In this document: positions 60,124 through 64,000 of the stretch, piece by piece
Layout of the letters: every line of letters begins with the position of its first letter
Position numbering within the stretch: position 1 is the stretch's first letter
Source of the DNA: Azolla caroliniana
Taxonomy: Eukaryota > Plantae > Polypodiophyta
Direction: 5' to 3'
NCBI GenBank assembly: GCA_043228905.1
Contig: JBHGNT010000017.1
Location: forward strand, 9,052,001 to 9,116,000
DNA length: 64,000 nucleotides
Notes under the pieces: generated by a model
The model's database searches: none
What the model saw: the letters and a program-made list of their open reading frames with translations, nothing else
What the model was told of the DNA's origin: nothing
Made by a program: the position numbers and the translations under genes

Positions 60124-61813
60124 TGTCACAAAATGTCAATATCAAGATTTGAACCTGTAACCTTTAAACAAGGGTTTTACACTCTAATCATGACACCCAC
60201 TTATTTTAATTAATAATTATATTTTCATATTATTATTATTCAAGAATTATGCGGCACTAGACATAGTAGATGACCGCCAAATGGCATGCATGCATGTATG
60301 CCAAGTGGCACACAACATATATGTCAAATGATGATCATGCGCAATCCAATGTACATTATATAAGTCGAAGATTTGCTGAGCATTCTGGTTCAATACTAGT
60401 CTTCAACCACCTTGTAATCTTGGTTTATGGTAATACAAATTCTTGTCATCTTTTCATGTTATTGTCTTCTCGTTTGTTATTATCTCATTTTCTTGGACGT
60501 CGACTTCGTCTTCGAATCTTGGGTCGTCACAATTTGAACCAAAATCTACTCAAATGTGTTTTCTGAGTATCTAGCCAAATCGTCTTGTCACAATGGAGAC
60601 AATTAGTAAACAAGTGTATATGCGTATTCTATCCAAAATTGAACTCCTAACAACAAAATTTGATAGGTTGAAGCACAAATGAATCATTTGATAGCTTGAA
60701 GCATTTGCTCCCATTTTGGTCCACATTGACCTTGAAAAGCCGTTTATCATAGAAGTAGATGCATCTGATTTTACACTAGGAAGTGTTCTATCGCAAATAG
60801 CGCATGATGAGAAATGACATCCAGTTGCATTTCATTCAAGAAAGTCTAAACCTACAAAAATCAATTATGAAATCCATGACAAAGATTTGTTTGCAATTGT
60901 TGATTCTTTCGAACAATGACGTGACTTCTTGGAATGTTCTCCCCACCAAATTATTGTTTACAATGATCATAAAAACATCACATACTTTCAAAATGCTCCT
61001 GTCCTAAATCGACAAGCTCGGTGGGCACAATTTCTAACACGGTTCCACTTTGTGCTAACATATCGACTAGGAATACAACAAGGTAAAGCTTATGCCTTAT
61101 CACGACGCTCTTATTTTGCACCAAAACCGGGGGACCCAACTTATGACCATCAAGAACAAGTCCTTTTGAGCTCTAGTCGTCTATGATTAATGGTGACAAA
61201 TATTTCTGAGACAACTTTAGATTCAAAATTTCTTGATTCTATTCGCTTGAGCATTGGTTCAGATGATTTTGCACAAGATAGTTTAGACGACATTGTTCCA
61301 GATCGTGTTTCTTGTTCACGCTCCAAGTTTTCTCACATGGATTATGGGAACGTTAGTTGGAATTTGGCATGATGGGTTGCTTTTGCGAAACAACCGAACT
61401 TATATTCCCAATGGACCTCCTCGACTCAAAGTCTTGCAACACTGCCATGATTCTCCATTAGCTGGACATTTCAGAATTTTGAAAACACTAGAGCTAGTTA
61501 CCCGAAACTATTGGTGGCCTCAGATTTGTCAATTTGTCATAGACTATGTTTCTACTTGTGATGTATGTTGTCGATCAAAGATGCCTCGACATCAGCCATA
61601 TGGTTTCAGATGGTCTGTGGAAATCCATTTCTATCGATTTCATCACAGATCTCCCATCTTCCCAAGGATATGATACTATTCTTATAGTGGTGGATCGCTT
61701 TACGAAAATGGCACATTGTCTTCCATATAGAAAGACATGTCTTGTTATGCGAGAAGTTTTCAAGCACCATGGCCTTCTAGATGAAATCATTAGTGATCGT
61801 GGGCTACAATTCG
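60124..61813 (+). mobile_element. Degenerate Tcn1-like chromovirus (5' LTR ~60124-60531, deleted gag, RH-IN relics)
   Basis: ORFs 60929-61818 (DHKNI, QARWAQFL, HCHDSPLAGH, ISIDFITDLP, SDRG) resemble the 5118-11057 element. Confidence 0.8.
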
Positions 61814-64000
61814 TGTAATAAAGTGCATTCAAAAGGTCTCGAAGACCTCCATCATTTTGTACTTAGATACTTCACTATTATTGTTTTATGTGATTCATAC
61901 TTGATTTTGTACGTTTTATGTGATTTTCACACCATTGCCGAAAATCTTCACGACATCCACCCCCACCAAACCGCACGTCCTTAAGTATGTGCCAAGAAGA
62001 GAGAAAGTGAGATTTCAGCTACGGTGATCAATCAGATTCCTCCATGTCTTCATTTACATCCGCCCTATTATGTTCATCGTCGAGGTGATTGAGGTCAGGA
62101 TTCTCGTCTTGTCTTTTCTTGAAAATCTTTACTCTTTTTCCCGCAATGGGTACGGCCAACCTTGATCCGTCTAGCTCCGCAAGGTGGTATGTGGCATTAT
62201 TGTTGGCACTTGTCACCACATACGGCCCGAACCATCTTCTTGCGAACTTTCTTGTTGTACTGTGTTGATTGTCGAGGTTGCTATTGTAAACCAAAACCCA
62301 ATCTCCTTCTTCAATCTTCTTGGGACGAAGTCGATGCGTGTTGTCAAACCGAACTTTGTTCTTTACTCGGCCTGCCTCCATCATCTTTCGCGCTTTTTCT
62401 AGATCTTCAGGTCTTCTTTCAAGTTGCCTTATCCGCGCCGCTAATAACTCTTCTCGGCTCATCTTGTTCTCCCACGGTATCGCTACCCATGAGGCGATTG
62501 TCCTTTCAATGGGCATAACCGGCTTTTGTCCATACATAAGCTCCGTCGGCATATACCCTGTCACCGAGCTGTGTGTCGTTCTATCGGCCCACAAGGCATA
62601 GGGTAATAGTCGTGGCCAATTCCCGACTCGACTGTTGCATGCCCGTACGATGGCTTTAATGATAGGTTCATGCCCTCGCTCGATCTTCCCATTCGCTTCC
62701 GGACTATAGGCAGTCGTGAGGGAGAGCTTCACGCCTAGTCATTCGAAGAGCTCCGTCGCTTCGTGCGCATCCAACTCCCCTCGGTCGGCCACTATCTTCC
62801 CCACACATCCGTATTGGCAAACAACCTCTTCAAGTAGAAATTTGCAAACGGCTCAAGTCGTCTTATATGTCAAGGCTCGTTGTTCCACTTGATTTGTTAA
62901 GTCTTCCCTTGCCAGCACTAAGTACTTCATTTGTCCCACTCCCATTGGATCGAGACCAGATCCACCATCCATTTGAAGTGTATGGTGAGTGGGTATGTCA
63001 GCTGTAACTCGTCACGATGATGTATATTTGAATATATTTGGCAAGTTTTGCATGTGGACACGAAATGGAGTACATCTTTGTACATGCTTGGCCACCAATA
63101 CTTCTCCTTCAACTTTTCGAACGTTGCCCATGTTCCTCTATGACCTGCCCAAGCACTCTCGTGGAATTCGGTCATCAGCGTCTCTTGCTCTTCTTTCTTC
63201 ACCACCACTCGACGTGGTATTCCTGTCCTTCTTTTTGGATGTCGCCAAAGGAATCCTCCCTTCAAGAAGTATCGGTAAGATTTCTTCCGGATTCTTAGGG
63301 CCTCCTCCTTTGTCAACGGAGCATCTATCGTCAATGTTCTTAGGAATCTACCGATCAGTAACCACTCTCCTTCGTACTCGTTCTCGTTGAAGGCGTGGAG
63401 GGTTTACGTGTCCTAGTCTTCTGCCGATAATCAAGCCATCTTGAAGAAGTCGAGGGCGACATCTTCATCTTCCGAAACCATGTCGCTTCCATTTTCAAAT
63501 CTTTCCCTCGACAACATGTCAGCCATGGCGTTCTTCTTCCCTGCAATGTGACGGATCTCTGGGTTTAAAGACTGGATGTAGGCGATCCACCTTAGCATAG
63601 CAAGATCTGGGGTCGCACATCCCGAGACCATTCCGAGAATTAGGAGACAATCTGTCTCTATTATCACTTCCGACCCGATCAGGTAATCTTTGTCCGTCTT
63701 CACTGCCGACACAATACCCCAAAGTTCCTGCTTGACATGGGCATATCTTTGTTGCCGTTCGTTGAGAATGTTTGCTCCGAACCGGACGGCATATCACGCA
63801 TTATCTTCTCCTTCTTGATTGATGACCCACCCGATTCCGGTTGGGCTCGTATCGACGGTCACGTAAATCGGCTTCCCTTCGGCATAGTCGGGCTTTCTCA
63901 GTGCCGGAGCTTCAAGAAGTAGTTTCTTCAATCTTCACATCGCATTTGTGTGCTCATCTCGCCATTCGAACTTCATTCTTTTCTTTAGTAGTCCATATAA
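61814..64000 (-). mobile_element. Non-chromovirus Ty3/gypsy element: RNaseH-integrase and a short 3' LTR (61814-61955); continues beyond window
   Basis: ORFs 63431-63712, 62927-63334 (HESAWAGHRG, CKTCQ) and 62028-62732 (TAYSPEANGKIER, WFGPY); PPT GGTGGGGGTGGA then TGTCG...TTACA on minus. Confidence 0.85.

Overview
Plant nuclear DNA, probably a non-seed plant such as a fern (inferred from Tcn1-like chromoviruses and the copia types present). One intact host gene, a 5-exon AIRP2-like RING E3 ligase (24628-27488, +), sits between deeply nested LTR-retrotransposon clusters (1-20.6 kb and 29.5-64 kb). The standout feature is a 10.5-kb DNA transposon (35885-46366) with 36-bp TIRs and an ATAA target duplication, inserted in a copia LTR. 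It carries a Sola-like DDD transposase on + and a divergently oriented, intron-containing cargo gene on -. The cargo encodes a ParB/Srx-like domain fused to a bacterial-type beta-class N6-adenine/N4-cytosine DNA methyltransferase (DIPY...QKP...DLFSGT). Intron 1 of the cargo holds a 51-bp-period array of palindromes. This copy is pseudogenised by nonsense codons, a frameshift and a nested LTR element. Other notable points: a young chromovirus with a self-priming (Tf1-type) PBS, an antisense tRNA-like module and heat-shock-element arrays in its LTRs, and an internal inversion; copia elements with a duplicated PPT; and five-level nesting. All calls were made by eye, with no database searches.
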